64,000 bases of DNA from an uncultured Acidobacteriota bacterium (GCA_963792785.1 CAWBXO010000004.1:770278-834277); one strand, 5' to 3'. Shown: positions 1 to 10,511, counted from the stretch's first letter. The notes: generated by a model not told the origin, from the letters alone. Translations and numbers: made by a program.

Positions 1-2
1 CC

Positions 3-311
3 TTGATCAAGCGCGGCTGGGCGCGCCGCACGCCGTCGGCCGATGACCGCCGGGTGCTGATCGTGGAAGTCACCCCGGCGGGCCGCGCCGTGGTCGAGCG
101 CATCGGGCAGGCGGCCAAGCGCCACCTCGCCGAGCAGCTCGCGCCCCTCGACCGCGCGTCGGCGCGGCGCCTGCGGGAGGGCCTCGCCGTGCTCAAGACC
201 GTGTTCGCCGCCGACACCCCCACGCCGCGCCGGACCGGCGGAGCGGCCGCCGGCGCAGCGCGAACAAGAAGCCGAAACCCTTCGTATATACGTAGAGTCG
301 TAAGGACTTAG
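3..311 (+). CDS. MarR-family transcriptional regulator, C-terminal part (5' end outside window)
   Basis: The frame is open at the window edge. It shows a winged-helix MarR-like segment (DDRRVLIVEVTPAGRAVVERIGQAAKRHLAE). Confidence 0.6.
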   Translation: MIKRGWARRTPSADDRRVLIVEVTPAGRAVVERIGQAAKRHLAEQLAPLDRASARRLREGLAVLKTVFAADTPTPRRTGGAAAGAARTRSRNPSYIRRVVRT

Positions 312-316
312 AGAGC

Positions 317-1033
317 ATGCCTGACGCAGTTGTGACAGAGAGCGCGCCCGCGATGAGCACGCCGGCCCGCCTGGTGGCGGTCCTGTTTTCGCCGCGCGCC
401 GCCTACGCCGAGGTCGCGAAGCGCCCGCGATGGTTCGTCGCCCTCGCGGTGGTCTGCGTGTCCATCGCGGCGATCAACTTCGTGTTCCTCTCCACCGAGG
501 TCGGCCAGACCGCGCTCTTCAACCAGCAGATCGACATGATGCAGTCGTTCGGCGTGCGGATCACCGACGCCATGTACGCCGGCATGGAGTCGCGGCTGTC
601 CTGGGCGCGCTATACGACGGCGGGCGCGCAGCTCTTCGCCTTCCCGATCGTCTCGCTGATCCTGTCGGGGCTGTTCTTCGCGATCTTCGTGGCGGTGCTC
701 GGCGCCGAGGGCACGTTCAAGCAGGTCTTCGCCATCGTCGTGCACTCGGAGATGATCGTGGTCGTCCAGCAGCTGTTCATCGTCCCGCTGAACTACGTGC
801 GGGAGTCCATGAGTTCGCCGACGACGCTCGCCGCGTTTCTGCCGATGCTCGACCCGTCGACGTTCGTGATGCGGCTGCTGGGTGGGATCGACCTGTTCGT
901 GTTGTGGAGCACCATCAGCCTGTCCATCGGCCTCGGCGTGCTGTTCAAGCGCCGCACCGGCCCGATCGCGACGGGCATCATCTTCGTGTATGTCGCCATC
1001 GTGGCCATCGTGGCCGCGCTGCGGTCGTCGTAG
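317..1033 (+). CDS. Yip1-domain-like polytopic membrane protein
   Basis: 238-aa ORF with about 5 hydrophobic spans. The N-terminal RPRWFVALAVV pattern is typical of the YIP1 family. Confidence 0.5.
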   Translation: MPDAVVTESAPAMSTPARLVAVLFSPRAAYAEVAKRPRWFVALAVVCVSIAAINFVFLSTEVGQTALFNQQIDMMQSFGVRITDAMYAGMESRLSWARYTTAGAQLFAFPIVSLILSGLFFAIFVAVLGAEGTFKQVFAIVVHSEMIVVVQQLFIVPLNYVRESMSSPTTLAAFLPMLDPSTFVMRLLGGIDLFVLWSTISLSIGLGVLFKRRTGPIATGIIFVYVAIVAIVAALRSS

Positions 1034-1040
1034 GAGAATC

Positions 1041-2372
1041 ATGAAGGCCAAGAACGTACTGATCACAATCGCCGTCGTCGCGGTCGGCGCCGCGGTGGTT
1101 GCCGTCAACCTTTTCTACCAGCGTGAAACCGGGCTCTCGGTCACGACCGAAACGATCCGAACGCGGGATCTCGAGGCGATCGTCTCGGCATCGGGCAAGA
1201 TCCAGCCGAAGCGGCTCGTGAACATCAGCGCGGACACGCCCGGGCGCGTCGTCGACCTCGCCGTCAACGAGGGCGACCGGGTGACGCGCGGCCAGTTTCT
1301 CCTGCAGATCGACCCGCGCTCGCTGCGGACGCGCGTGGACAGCGGCGCGGCGTCGCTCCAGGCGGCCGAGGCCTCGCTCGCGCAGATGCGACAGGCCGTC
1401 GAGACCGCGCGCGTGCAGCTCGACCAGTTGCGCCTCGTCCTCAAGCGCCAGCAGGAGCTCTGGGACGAGCGGCTCACCACGCGCGAGGCGCTCGAGAAGG
1501 CCCAGAACGACGTGAAGGCCGCCGAATCGGGCCTGCAGGAACGCCAGCGGCAGGTCGACGGGCAGGGCAGCCGGCTCGACCAGGAGCGCGCGTCGCTCGA
1601 GAGCGCGCGCTACGACCTGAGCAAGGTCCGGATCGAGTCGCCGATCGACGGCATCGTCACGCGCCGGAACATCCAGGAGGGCGAGACGGCGGTGATCGGC
1701 ACGATGAACAACGCCGGCACCGTGCTGCTCACCCTGGCCGACATGTCCGTGATCCAGGCCGAGGTCGAGGTCGACGAAACCAGCATTCCCGAGGTGGCGA
1801 TCGGCCAGCCGGCGAAGGTGTCCATCGACGCGTTGCCCGACACGACTTTCCGCGGGCACGTCACCGAGATCGGGAACAGCCCGATTCAGGCGTCGAACGG
1901 CGCCGCGGGCACGCAGGCGACGAACTTCAAGGTGGTCGTGGTCATCGACGACGAGGTGCCGGACGTGCGCCCCGGGTTCACCTGCGCGGCCGACATCACC
2001 ACGGCGACGCGGTCGAACGTGACCTCGGTGCCGATTCCCGCCGTCGCCGTGCGCGAGCTCGTGTACGACGAACACGGGGAGGTCGTGAAGCCCGAACAGG
2101 AAAACAGCCGTCGGCGCCGGCCGCCGTCGGAGGTCCAGACCGCCACGGGCGAGCTGCAGCCGGGCCAGACCCGTCGCGAGACCGAGGGCGTCTTCGTGGT
2201 GCGCGACGGCCGGGCGACGTTCGTGCCGATCCGGCTGGGCGTCGCCGGCGATCGCTACTTCGAGGTGCTCGGGGGCATCGAGGCGGGCGACGTGGTCATC
2301 ACCGGGCCGTACAACTCGGTCCGCGGCATGGCCGACGGCGACCTCGTGAAAGTGGACAACAGCAAGAAGTAG
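1041..2372 (+). CDS. HlyD/MacA-type periplasmic efflux adaptor
   Basis: ATG at 1041 is preceded by GGAGA. It has an N-terminal TM anchor (MKAKNVLITIAVVAVGAAVV), a coiled-coil region and a beta-barrel domain. The longer ORF from 882 overlaps the upstream gene. Confidence 0.85.
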   Translation: MKAKNVLITIAVVAVGAAVVAVNLFYQRETGLSVTTETIRTRDLEAIVSASGKIQPKRLVNISADTPGRVVDLAVNEGDRVTRGQFLLQIDPRSLRTRVDSGAASLQAAEASLAQMRQAVETARVQLDQLRLVLKRQQELWDERLTTREALEKAQNDVKAAESGLQERQRQVDGQGSRLDQERASLESARYDLSKVRIESPIDGIVTRRNIQEGETAVIGTMNNAGTVLLTLADMSVIQAEVEVDETSIPEVAIGQPAKVSIDALPDTTFRGHVTEIGNSPIQASNGAAGTQATNFKVVVVIDDEVPDVRPGFTCAADITTATRSNVTSVPIPAVAVRELVYDEHGEVVKPEQENSRRRRPPSEVQTATGELQPGQTRRETEGVFVVRDGRATFVPIRLGVAGDRYFEVLGGIEAGDVVITGPYNSVRGMADGDLVKVDNSKK

Positions 2373-2382
2373 CGCCGGCCGG

Positions 2383-3612
2383 ATGCTGAACAGCCTGTAC
2401 GAATCCGCCGCCATCGCGCTCGCCGCGATCTGGTCGTCGAAGCTGCGATCGCTCATGACCGTCCTGGGCAACATCGTGGCGGTCACGTCGATCATTGCCG
2501 TCGTGTCGCTCGTGCAGGGCCTGAACGCGTCGGTGACCGACGCGATCATGAGCCAGGCGGGAGCCGACTCCTTCAGCGTGCAGCAGTTCCCGATCACGCG
2601 GAGCGACGAGGAGTTCGAGGCCGTCCGCAACAACCCGCGCATCTCCCTCCAGGACATGCGCGCCATCCGCCGCTACAGCGACGACGCGCAGTCGGTCATG
2701 GCCGAGGCCTCCGGCAGCGGGCGCCTCACGTACCGCGACAAGTCCATCGATCGGACCTCGGTGCGCGGCGTAACGGCCGACTACGTGAACTTCTCGACCT
2801 ACGACGCCGAGCGCGGCCGCCTGATGAGCCCGACCGAGGTGTCGACGGCGCGGCCCGTGGTGGTCATCGGCTGGCAGACGGCCGACCAGCTGTTCGGCGA
2901 AGACGTGGATCCCCTCGACAAGATCATCCAGATCGAGGGCGTCCACTTCCGCGTGGTCGGCGTAAGCGAGAAGAAGGGCGCCCTGCTCGGCCAGTCGCAG
3001 GACTCCTTCGCGATCGTCCCGCTCGGGCAGTTCCAGCAGATTTTCGGATCGCGGCGGCCGCTCTCGCTCACGATCAAGCCCCGCGACACCGACCGGCTCC
3101 AGGACGCCATGGACGAGGCGACGATCGCCCTGCGCGTGACGCGGCGGCTCAAGCCGAAGCAGGACGACAATTTCGGGATCTTCACGTCCGACACGATTCT
3201 CGACATCTACCACTCGGCCACCAACGGCATCTTCGCCGTGCTCATCGGCGTCGTCGCGCTGTCGCTCGTCGTGGGCGGCATCGTGATCATGAACATCATG
3301 CTGATGGTCGTGACCGAGCGGACGCGCGAGATCGGCCTGCGCAAGGCGCTCGGGGCCAAGCGGGCCGACATCATGTCGCAGATGCTGACCGAGTCGGTGG
3401 TGCTCTCGATCTTCGGGGGCGTCGTCGGCACGCTCCTCGGGTCGGGCATCGCGGCCGCGATCGCCTACTTCACCCCGGTGCCCGCGGAAGTGAGGCTCTG
3501 GTCGATCGCCCTCGGCATCGGCATCACCGCGATGGTGGGCCTGTTCTTCGGCCTGTACCCGGCGATGCGCGCCGCCCAGCTCGACCCCATCGAGGCCCTG
3601 AGAAAAGAATGA
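2383..3612 (+). CDS. ABC transporter permease, MacB periplasmic core plus FtsX domain
   Basis: 409 aa with an N-terminal LRSLMTVLGNIVAV motif and a C-terminal FtsX motif (ERTREIGLRKALGAKRADI ... LDPIEALRKE). Confidence 0.85.
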   Translation: MLNSLYESAAIALAAIWSSKLRSLMTVLGNIVAVTSIIAVVSLVQGLNASVTDAIMSQAGADSFSVQQFPITRSDEEFEAVRNNPRISLQDMRAIRRYSDDAQSVMAEASGSGRLTYRDKSIDRTSVRGVTADYVNFSTYDAERGRLMSPTEVSTARPVVVIGWQTADQLFGEDVDPLDKIIQIEGVHFRVVGVSEKKGALLGQSQDSFAIVPLGQFQQIFGSRRPLSLTIKPRDTDRLQDAMDEATIALRVTRRLKPKQDDNFGIFTSDTILDIYHSATNGIFAVLIGVVALSLVVGGIVIMNIMLMVVTERTREIGLRKALGAKRADIMSQMLTESVVLSIFGGVVGTLLGSGIAAAIAYFTPVPAEVRLWSIALGIGITAMVGLFFGLYPAMRAAQLDPIEALRKE

Positions 3613-4898
3613 GGCCAGCCCTTCTCTGGGAAGTCGTCATCATGGCGTTCGACACCGTGCGCACGAACAAGATGCGTTCGGCGCTCACCGTGCTCGGCGT
3701 CGTGATCGGCATCACGTCGATCGTCGGGATGACGGCCCTCATCCGCGGCTTCGACGAGTCGCTGCGCGACATGATCCGCTCGATCGGGCCCAACACGATT
3801 TTCGTCCAGCGGTTCGGCGTCACCAGCTTCGCCAACGGCGCGGAGTTCGAGGAGTTGATGCGGCGGCCGAACATCTCGACCGCCGACGCGCGCGCCCTCG
3901 AGGAGGCGCCGACCATCGACCTGGTGGACATCGAGTTCGGCGCGGGCCCCGGCAACGTCGTGCAGCAGCGCGTGTTCTACGGCAAGGAGCGCACCAAGTC
4001 CCTCCTCGTCTTCGGCACGGGCGAGTACTTCGCGGAGGGCACCCGCATTCCTATCCGCGCCGGGCGATTCTTCACCGGCGCCGAAGTGCAGTTCCGCAAG
4101 AACGTCGTCGTGCTCGGGTACACCGCGTTCGACCTCCTGTTTCAGGAACGCGGCATCGACCCGATCGGCAAGACCGTGCGCGTGGGGAACAACCGGTTCG
4201 AGGTCGTCGGCGTGTTCGACCAGCGGCCGGCCGCCGGCGGCTTCAACCTGAACCAGGACGACTTCCTCGTGATCCCGTACACGGCGTACCAGCGGATCTT
4301 CGGCCTGCAGCCCGCTCGCATCCGGGGATCGGGCGAGCTGTTGAACATCCAGATCTCGCTCATGCCTCGCGAGGGCGTCACGACCGAGGAGGCAATCGCC
4401 GACGTCGAGCGCGTGATGCGCATCCGCCACAACCTCCGCCTCGACGAGCCGGACGACTTCGACATCGTCACGCAGGACCAGTTCCTGCAGTTGTGGGATC
4501 AGATCAGCCAGGCCACGTTCTTCGCGCTGATCGTGATCTCATCGATCGCGCTGATGGTGGGCGGCATCGGCGTGATGGCCATCATGTCGATCTCCGTCAC
4601 CGAGCGCACGCGCGAGATCGGCGTCCGCAAGGCGCTCGGCGCGCGCCGCGGCGAAATCCTCTTCCAGTTCCTCATGGAGGCCGCCTTCCTCACCTCGCTC
4701 GGCGGCATCCTCGGCATCGCCCTCGGCAGCGGCATCGGCTGGACCGTGCACCTCGTGTCCGGCTTCCCCGTGTCCCTCCCCTGGTGGTCCTTCGCCATCG
4801 GCCTCGGCTTCTCGGCCGCCGTCGGCGTGTTCTTCGGCATGTATCCGGCCGTGAAGGCCTCCCGCCTCGACCCGATCGAAGCCCTGCGCTACGAATAG
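3609..4898 (+). CDS. ABC transporter permease, MacB/FtsX type (second copy)
   Basis: ATGA overlap with the previous gene. Carries MRSALTVLGVVIGI and ERTREIGVRKALGARRGEI ... LDPIEALRYE. Confidence 0.85.
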   Translation: MRPALLWEVVIMAFDTVRTNKMRSALTVLGVVIGITSIVGMTALIRGFDESLRDMIRSIGPNTIFVQRFGVTSFANGAEFEELMRRPNISTADARALEEAPTIDLVDIEFGAGPGNVVQQRVFYGKERTKSLLVFGTGEYFAEGTRIPIRAGRFFTGAEVQFRKNVVVLGYTAFDLLFQERGIDPIGKTVRVGNNRFEVVGVFDQRPAAGGFNLNQDDFLVIPYTAYQRIFGLQPARIRGSGELLNIQISLMPREGVTTEEAIADVERVMRIRHNLRLDEPDDFDIVTQDQFLQLWDQISQATFFALIVISSIALMVGGIGVMAIMSISVTERTREIGVRKALGARRGEILFQFLMEAAFLTSLGGILGIALGSGIGWTVHLVSGFPVSLPWWSFAIGLGFSAAVGVFFGMYPAVKASRLDPIEALRYE

Positions 4899-4990
4899 GT
4901 GCCGGCCGCGGGCGCCCGCCCGGGCAACGGCCTTGCGACGCCCCGGGCTCGCGCATATGATGCGCCGTAGCGACCAGGGGGACGCTATCC

Positions 4991-7082
4991 ATGAAGGTCT
5001 ACGACGCCTCCGCCATCCGCAACACCGCCCTCGTCGGACATACCGGTTCAGGTAAGACGCAGCTCGCCTCCGCGCTCCTCTTCGACGCCGGCATGGTCAA
5101 CCGCCTCGGGAAGGTCGACGACGGCACGACCGTCACGGACTTCGACGAGGAAGAAATCGCCCGCAAGCACACGCTCTCCGCCAGCCTCTCCTATGCCGAG
5201 TGGAACAAGCTCAAGATCAACCTCATCGATACACCCGGGGTCGGCAACTTCATGAGCGACGCGCGCGCGGCCCTGCGCGTCGCCGACGCGGCGCTCGTCG
5301 TCGTCGACGCCGTCGCCGGGTCCATGGTGCAGACCGAGAAGGCCTGGGGCGTGGCGGAGGAGCTGGGCCTCCCGCGGATGGTCGTCCTCAACCGCCTCGA
5401 CCGCGAGCGCGCGAGCCTCGAGCGCGCCCTCGCCTCGCTTCGCGAGGCGTGCAGCCGCGCCATCGTGCCGATTCAGCTCCCGATCGGGGAGGAGAAGGAC
5501 TTCACGGGCGTCGTGGACCTGGTCACGCGCAAGGCGTACCTGTTCAAGGGAGACGGATCGAGCGACTTCACGGAGGCCGACGTGCCCGCGCCGATGGCCG
5601 ACCAGGTGGCGGCCGCGCGCGAGGCTCTCGTCGAAATGGTGGCCGAGTCGGACGAGAAGCTGATGGAACGGTTCTTCGAGGCGGGGTCGCTCACCGACGA
5701 GCAGCTGGTCGCGGGCCTGCGCGGCGCCACACTCAAGGGCGCGGTGTTTCCCCTCGTGTGCACGTCGGCGACCGCCAACGTCGGCGGCCCGCAGCTGCTC
5801 GACGCGATTGCCGCCTACCTGCCGTCGCCGCTCGAACGCCGGTTCCGCGCGATCGACGCCGAGGGCCGTCCCACCGAGGCCGAGACGTCCGAGAACGGCC
5901 CGACGTCGGCGTTCGTGTGGAAGACGATCGCGGATCCCTTCGCCGGCCGCATCACGATGTTCCGCGTCTTCACGGGCGTCCTGAAGTCGGACACCGGCTT
6001 CGACAACCTGACGCGCGACGCGCACGAGCGCCTGGGCCACCTGATGCTGCTCCAGGGCAAGACGCAACACGAACGTCCCGGAGGTCCACGCCGGCGACCT
6101 GGCGGCGGTCGCCAAGCTCAAGGACACCCGCACGAGCGACACGCTCGGCGACAAGGGCGCCCTCACCTACGGAAAGATCAAGTTTCCCGAGCCCGTGCTC
6201 GCCTACGCCATCGAGCCCAAGACCCGCGGCGACGAGGACAAGATCAGCACGTCCATGCACCGGCTGGAGGAGGAGGATCCGTCGATCGTCTACAGCCGCG
6301 ACGAGCTCACGAAGGAGCTGCTCCTGTCCGGGCAGGGCCAGCTGCACATCGAGGTCACGGTGGCGAAACTGAAGCGGCGGTTCGGCGTGGACGTGAACCT
6401 GAAGCCGCCGCGCATCCCCTATCGCGAGACGATCAAGGCGTCCACCGAGGCGCACGGCCGGCACAAGAAGCAGACCGGCGGGCACGGGCAGTTCGGCGAC
6501 TGCAAGATCCGCGTCGAACCGCTGCCCCGTGGCTCCGACTTCCAGTTCGAGGACGACATCTTCGGCGGCTCGATCCCGCGCCAGTTCATCCCCGCCGTCG
6601 AGAAGGGCATCCAGGACGCTCGCGTGCGCGGCTATCTCGCGGGGTTCCCGATGGTGGACTTCAAGGTGACGGTGTTCGACGGGTCGTACCACGACGTCGA
6701 CTCGAACGAACTGTCGTTCAAGATGGCCGGATCACTCGCGTTCAAGGACGCGATGACGCGCGCCAAACCGACGATCCTCGAGCCGGTCATGGATGTCGAG
6801 GTCTATGCGCCGTCGGACTTCGCGGGCGACCTGATGGGCGACCTCAACGGGCGGCGCGGCCGGATCGCCGGCATGGACACGCGCGGCGCGACCACCGTGA
6901 TCAAAGCGCAGGTGCCGATGTCCGAGATGCTGACCTACGAACAGCACCTGACGTCGGCCACCGGCGGCCGCGGCTCGTACCACATGGAGTACTCGCACTA
7001 CGACGAGGTGCCCGCGCCGATCCAGACGAAGATCGTGGCGGCCGCGAAGGCCGAGCGCGGCCACGTGGTGGTGGAGGATTGA
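4991..7082 (+). pseudogene. EF-G paralogue (EF-G2-like translational GTPase) with an apparent 1-nt frame break near 6068-6072
   Basis: G1 motif GHTGSGKT, DTPG and NRLD are in frame 2 up to LLQGKTQ. The remainder (NVPEVHAGDLAAV ... domains III-V) continues in frame 0 to 7082. Total length minus 1 nt is divisible by 3. Confidence 0.8.
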
Positions 7083-7229
7083 TAAGGTGCCGGGTGCCGG
7101 GGGCTTGGTGCCTGGAAGGTGCCTGGTGAGGGGGCTCGGTGCGGTCGCCGCACCCGGCACCTGGCCCCTGGCACCTGGAACGTTCCAGGCGCCCGGCACC
7201 AAGCACCGGGAACTGACACGATTCGATCG
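7083..7229. repeat. Dyad-symmetric spacer rich in GGTGCC / GGCACC words between convergent genes
   Basis: GGTGCC occurs four times on the left (7088-7124) and GGCACC three times on the right (7157-7201). There is a central hairpin GGTGCGG-tcg-CCGCACC (7139-7155) and a perfect 16-bp palindrome CCTGGAACGTTCCAGG (7175-7190). No U-tract is present. Confidence 0.6.
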
Positions 7230-7821
7230 TTAGCTGCCGCCGGCCTTGCGGGGCGTCGTCGAGCGGCGCTTGACGTCCTTCGCGGGCGCCGAGGCCTTCT
7301 TGCCGCCGCCGGCGTCGCCGTCGGCCTTCTTGCCGCGCATCTTCTCGGCCGCGGCCTTGAGCCGGCCGCCCACGCCCTTGGACTTCGGCTTGGGCGCCTC
7401 GGCGCTCTCCTCGCCGGCCTTCTGCTTGCTCGGGTCGAACTCGCTGCCGACCAGCTCGATCTGCGCCACTTCGGCGCTGTCGCCTCGGCGGTATCCCAGG
7501 CGCAGCAGGCGCGTGTAGCCGCCGGGCCGCGACTGGAACCGCGGCGCCAGCGTGTCGAACAGCTTGCCGACCACCGCGGTGTCCTGCAGGTCGTGCATGA
7601 CCAGCCGGCGCGCGTGCAACGCCTTTCCATTCTCGCCGCCGCTCACGCCGCGCTTGGCGATCGTGATCAGCCGCTCGACGAACGGGCGCAGCTCCTTGGC
7701 CTTCGGCAACGTCGTCGTGATGTGCTCGTGACTGCAGGAGCGCCGTCGCCTGATTCCGCAGCAGGGCAAGACGGTGCTCGGTGACGCGGCCGAGCTTCCG
7801 GTGTGCGACTCGATGTCTCAT
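7230..7821 (-). CDS. rplQ: 50S ribosomal protein L17 with an apparent 1-nt insertion near 7731 and a long Lys/Ala-rich C-terminal tail
   Basis: [30 protein letters not shown] is in one frame and [28 protein letters not shown] in the next. Removing the T in CTGCAG-T-CACGAG restores a canonical L17. Confidence 0.9.
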
Positions 7822-7834
7822 GTTTCTATGCCGT

Positions 7835-8821
7835 CTATTCCTGTGCCGAGGCGGCCGGCTGGTCGACGCGCATGCCGAGGCTCAGCCCCATCGTGTGCAG
7901 GATTTCCTTGATCTCGTTCAGGCTCTTGCGCCCGAAGTTCTTCGTCTTCAGCATCTCGGCTTCGGTCTTCTGCACCAGCTCGCGAATCGTCCGGATGTTC
8001 GCGTTCTTCAGGCAGTTGTACGACCGTACCGAGAGCTCGAGCTCCTCGACGCTCTTGTCGAGGTTCTCGTTGCTCATGCCGACGCGCGGCGCGTCCGGCG
8101 AGGCCTCGGCCGCCTGCTCGACGCCGTCCTCGAGGTTGATGAAGATGTTCAGGTGGTCTCGCACCAGCTTGGCCGCGAGCGACACCGCGTCGCGCGCGTT
8201 CACGGACCCGTTGGTCCAGACGTCGATCGTCAGCTTGTCGTAGTCGGTCGTCTGGCCCAGGCGCGCCGCCTCGACCAGGTAGTTGACCTTCTTGATCGGC
8301 GAGTGCACCGAGTCGATCGGAATCCAGCCGATGCCCAGGTCCTCGTCGAAGTTCTTGTCGGCCGCCACGTAACCGCGGCCGCGCTTCATCCGCATCTCCA
8401 TCTGGAGCTTGCCGCCCTCCGCCACGGTGGCGATGTGGGCGTCGGGCTCGAGGATCTCGACGTCGGCGTCGGCCTGGATGTCGCGGGCGCGCACTTCGCC
8501 CGGCTTGTCCACGCGCAGCGTGAGCGTCTTGGTGTGATCCACGTGGAGCTTGAGCGGGATCTGCTTCAGGTTGAGGATGATGTCGGTCGCGTCCTCGACC
8601 ACGCCGGGGATCGGCGAGAACTCGTGCAGCACGCCCTCGATCCGGACGGCCGTGATGGCCGCGCCCTCGATCGACGACAGCAGCACGCGCCGAAGCGCAT
8701 TGCCGATCGTCGTGCCGAAGCCGCGCTCGAACGGCTGCGCATAGAACCGCCCGAACCGATCGGTGAGCGTCTCGCGCTCGACTTCAAGCCGCTTCGGCCG
8801 CTGAAAACCTCTCCAGAGCAT
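7835..8821 (-). CDS. rpoA: DNA-directed RNA polymerase alpha subunit
   Basis: 328 aa with canonical N-terminal and C-terminal domain sequence ([24 protein letters not shown]). Confidence 0.97.
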   Translation of the reverse strand: MLWRGFQRPKRLEVERETLTDRFGRFYAQPFERGFGTTIGNALRRVLLSSIEGAAITAVRIEGVLHEFSPIPGVVEDATDIILNLKQIPLKLHVDHTKTLTLRVDKPGEVRARDIQADADVEILEPDAHIATVAEGGKLQMEMRMKRGRGYVAADKNFDEDLGIGWIPIDSVHSPIKKVNYLVEAARLGQTTDYDKLTIDVWTNGSVNARDAVSLAAKLVRDHLNIFINLEDGVEQAAEASPDAPRVGMSNENLDKSVEELELSVRSYNCLKNANIRTIRELVQKTEAEMLKTKNFGRKSLNEIKEILHTMGLSLGMRVDQPAASAQE

Positions 8822-8841
8822 GTGCTGTCCTTTCGTCCACG

Positions 8842-8900
8842 GGCCCGCAGACGGGCCTCCAGACCTGCAAGTGAACCGCCGGCCTCCCGCCGCAGGTCTG
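8842..8900 (-). promoter_or_regulatory. Two stem-loops in the 114-nt rpsD-rpoA spacer
   Basis: GGCCCG-caga-CGGGCC (8842-8857), and CAGACCTGC / GCAGGTCTG (8860-8868 pairs with 8892-8900). Confidence 0.3.
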
Positions 8901-8935
8901 TGTAAGGCTGCGGGCCGGCGGGCAACGAGAACGGG

Positions 8936-9565
8936 TTACTTCGAATACAACTCGACGATCAGCTGTTCCTGCACGGGCAGGTTGATCTGCTCGCGCGTGG
9001 GGACCGAGACCACGCGGCCGCTCGTCGCCGAGGCGTCGAACAGCAGCCACTCCGGGATCCCGCGGCCCTTCACTTCCTCCATCGCGTGCTCGATGGTCGG
9101 GTTCGTCCGGCTCCGCTCGAGCACGGTCACGAGGTCGCCCGGGCGCACCGAGTACGACGGGATGTCGACCTTCTTGCCGTTCACGAGGAAGTGCCCGTGG
9201 CGCACGAGCTGCCGCGCCTGCGGGCGCGACGTCGCCAGGCCCAGGCGGTAGACCACGTTGTCCAGGCGGCGTTCGAGCAGCTGCAGCAGCGTCTCGCCCG
9301 TGATCCCGCGCGTGCGCTCCGCCGCTTCGAAGTAGCGCCGGAACTGGTCCTCGAGCACGCCGTAGATGCGCTTCACCTTCTGCTTCTCGCGAAGCTGCAG
9401 CCCGTAGCCCGAGAGCTTCTGGCGGCGCGACTTGCCGTGCTGGCCTGGCGGGAAGTTGCGCTTCTCGATCGCGCACTTCTCCGTGTAGCACCGCTCCCCC
9501 TTCAGGAAGAGCTTCATGGCTTCCCGGCGGCAGAGCCGGCAGACCGGACCGATGTAACGCGCCAT
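8936..9565 (-). CDS. rpsD: 30S ribosomal protein S4
   Basis: [26 protein letters not shown]. The start overlaps the rpsK stop by 1 nt. Confidence 0.97.
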   Translation of the reverse strand: MARYIGPVCRLCRREAMKLFLKGERCYTEKCAIEKRNFPPGQHGKSRRQKLSGYGLQLREKQKVKRIYGVLEDQFRRYFEAAERTRGITGETLLQLLERRLDNVVYRLGLATSRPQARQLVRHGHFLVNGKKVDIPSYSVRPGDLVTVLERSRTNPTIEHAMEEVKGRGIPEWLLFDASATSGRVVSVPTREQINLPVQEQLIVELYSK

Positions 9566-10014
9566 TACACTCTCCTCCGCTTCGGCGGACGGCACCCGTT
9601 GTGCGGAATCGGGGTCACGTCGCGAATCGACTTCACTTCCAGGCCGACGGTCTGCAGCGCGCGGATCGCCGATTCGCGGCCCGAGCCCGGTCCCTTCACG
9701 CGCACGTCGAGCGACCGCATGCCGACGGCCTTGGCCGCGTTGCCGGCCGTCAGCGCGGCCTGCGTGGCCGCGTAGGGCGTGCCCTTGCGCGAACCCTTGA
9801 AGCCGATGCCCCCGGCGCTCGACCACGCCACGACGTTGCCCTCGGTGTCGGTGATCGTCACCAGGGTGTTGTTGAACGACGCCTGGATGTGCGCCAGACC
9901 GTGGTGAACGATGCGCTTCTCACCGCGCTTCTTGAACGTCTTCTTGCGCTTGCCCGCGCCTTCCTTCTTGTCGGGCAGCGTGGAGGCGTCGACCGTCGGT
10001 TCGTTCTTTGCCAT
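9565..10014 (-). CDS. rpsK: 30S ribosomal protein S11 with a basic N-terminal extension
   Basis: [26 protein letters not shown] ... [16 protein letters not shown] at 10014. Confidence 0.96.
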   Translation of the reverse strand: MAKNEPTVDASTLPDKKEGAGKRKKTFKKRGEKRIVHHGLAHIQASFNNTLVTITDTEGNVVAWSSAGGIGFKGSRKGTPYAATQAALTAGNAAKAVGMRSLDVRVKGPGSGRESAIRALQTVGLEVKSIRDVTPIPHNGCRPPKRRRV

Positions 10015-10018
10015 AGAG

Positions 10019-10393
10019 TTAGACCGTCTTCTTCTTCGCGATGGCGCCCTTGCGCGGGCCCTTGCGCGTGCGCGCGTTGGTCCGCGTCCGCTGGCCCTTG
10101 ACGGGCAGCGAGCGACGGTGGCGCATGCCACGGTAGCAGCCGATTTCCATCAGCCGCTTGATGTTCATCGACACTTCCTTGCGGAGGTCGCCTTCCACGC
10201 GGCCCTGTTCCTCGATCACGCGGCTGATCTTCCGCACGTCGTCTTCCGAGAGATCCTTCACCCGGATGTCGGGGCTGACCCCGGCGTCCTTGAGGATCCC
10301 GCTCGAGCGGACCCGGCCGATGCCGAAGATGTAGGTCAACCCGATTTCCACGCGCTTCGTGCGCGGCAAGTCCACGCCTGCAATTCGAGCCAT
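10019..10393 (-). CDS. rpsM: 30S ribosomal protein S13
   Basis: [26 protein letters not shown]. Confidence 0.97.
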   Translation of the reverse strand: MARIAGVDLPRTKRVEIGLTYIFGIGRVRSSGILKDAGVSPDIRVKDLSEDDVRKISRVIEEQGRVEGDLRKEVSMNIKRLMEIGCYRGMRHRRSLPVKGQRTRTNARTRKGPRKGAIAKKKTV

Positions 10394-10394
10394 G

Positions 10395-10508
10395 TCAGCC
10401 CTGCCTCTGCTTGTGCTTCTGGTTCGGGCAGATCACCCGCACCACGCCGCGGCGCCGGACGACCTTGCACTTGCCACAAATCCGCTTCACCGACGCTCGG
10501 ACCTTCAT
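10395..10508 (-). CDS. rpmJ: 50S ribosomal protein L36 (zinc-binding form)
   Basis: Hand-translated as [37 protein letters not shown]. It is below the ORF-track length cutoff. Confidence 0.93.
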   Translation of the reverse strand: MKVRASVKRICGKCKVVRRRGVVRVICPNQKHKQRQG

Positions 10509-10511
10509 TCG

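Noticed and set aside
882-1040. Upstream start codons for the adaptor gene (882), the TMEM175 gene (43524), rpsL (25853), the DDAH gene (38776) and others.
   Set aside because: The extensions overlap neighbouring genes or repeats and add non-homologous Arg-rich residues. Downstream starts have SD sequences or gene-overlap signatures.
978-2666. Long antisense ORFs. Examples: 978-2666 (-), 26174-27385 (-), 28407-30389 (-), 35301-37265 (-), 37907-39886 (+), 10359-11624 (+), 12287-13693 (+).
   Set aside because: Each lies opposite a gene with clear family motifs and has Arg/Ala/Gly/Pro-dominated composition without recognisable domains.
6060-7740. Programmed ribosomal frameshifting as an explanation for the EF-G paralogue and rplQ breaks.
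   Set aside because: There is no slippery heptamer, no in-frame stop/SD arrangement like prfB, and no downstream pseudoknot. Similar breaks are scattered across unrelated genes, so indel error is more parsimonious. The TCGGTACT pair is kept as a separate open question.
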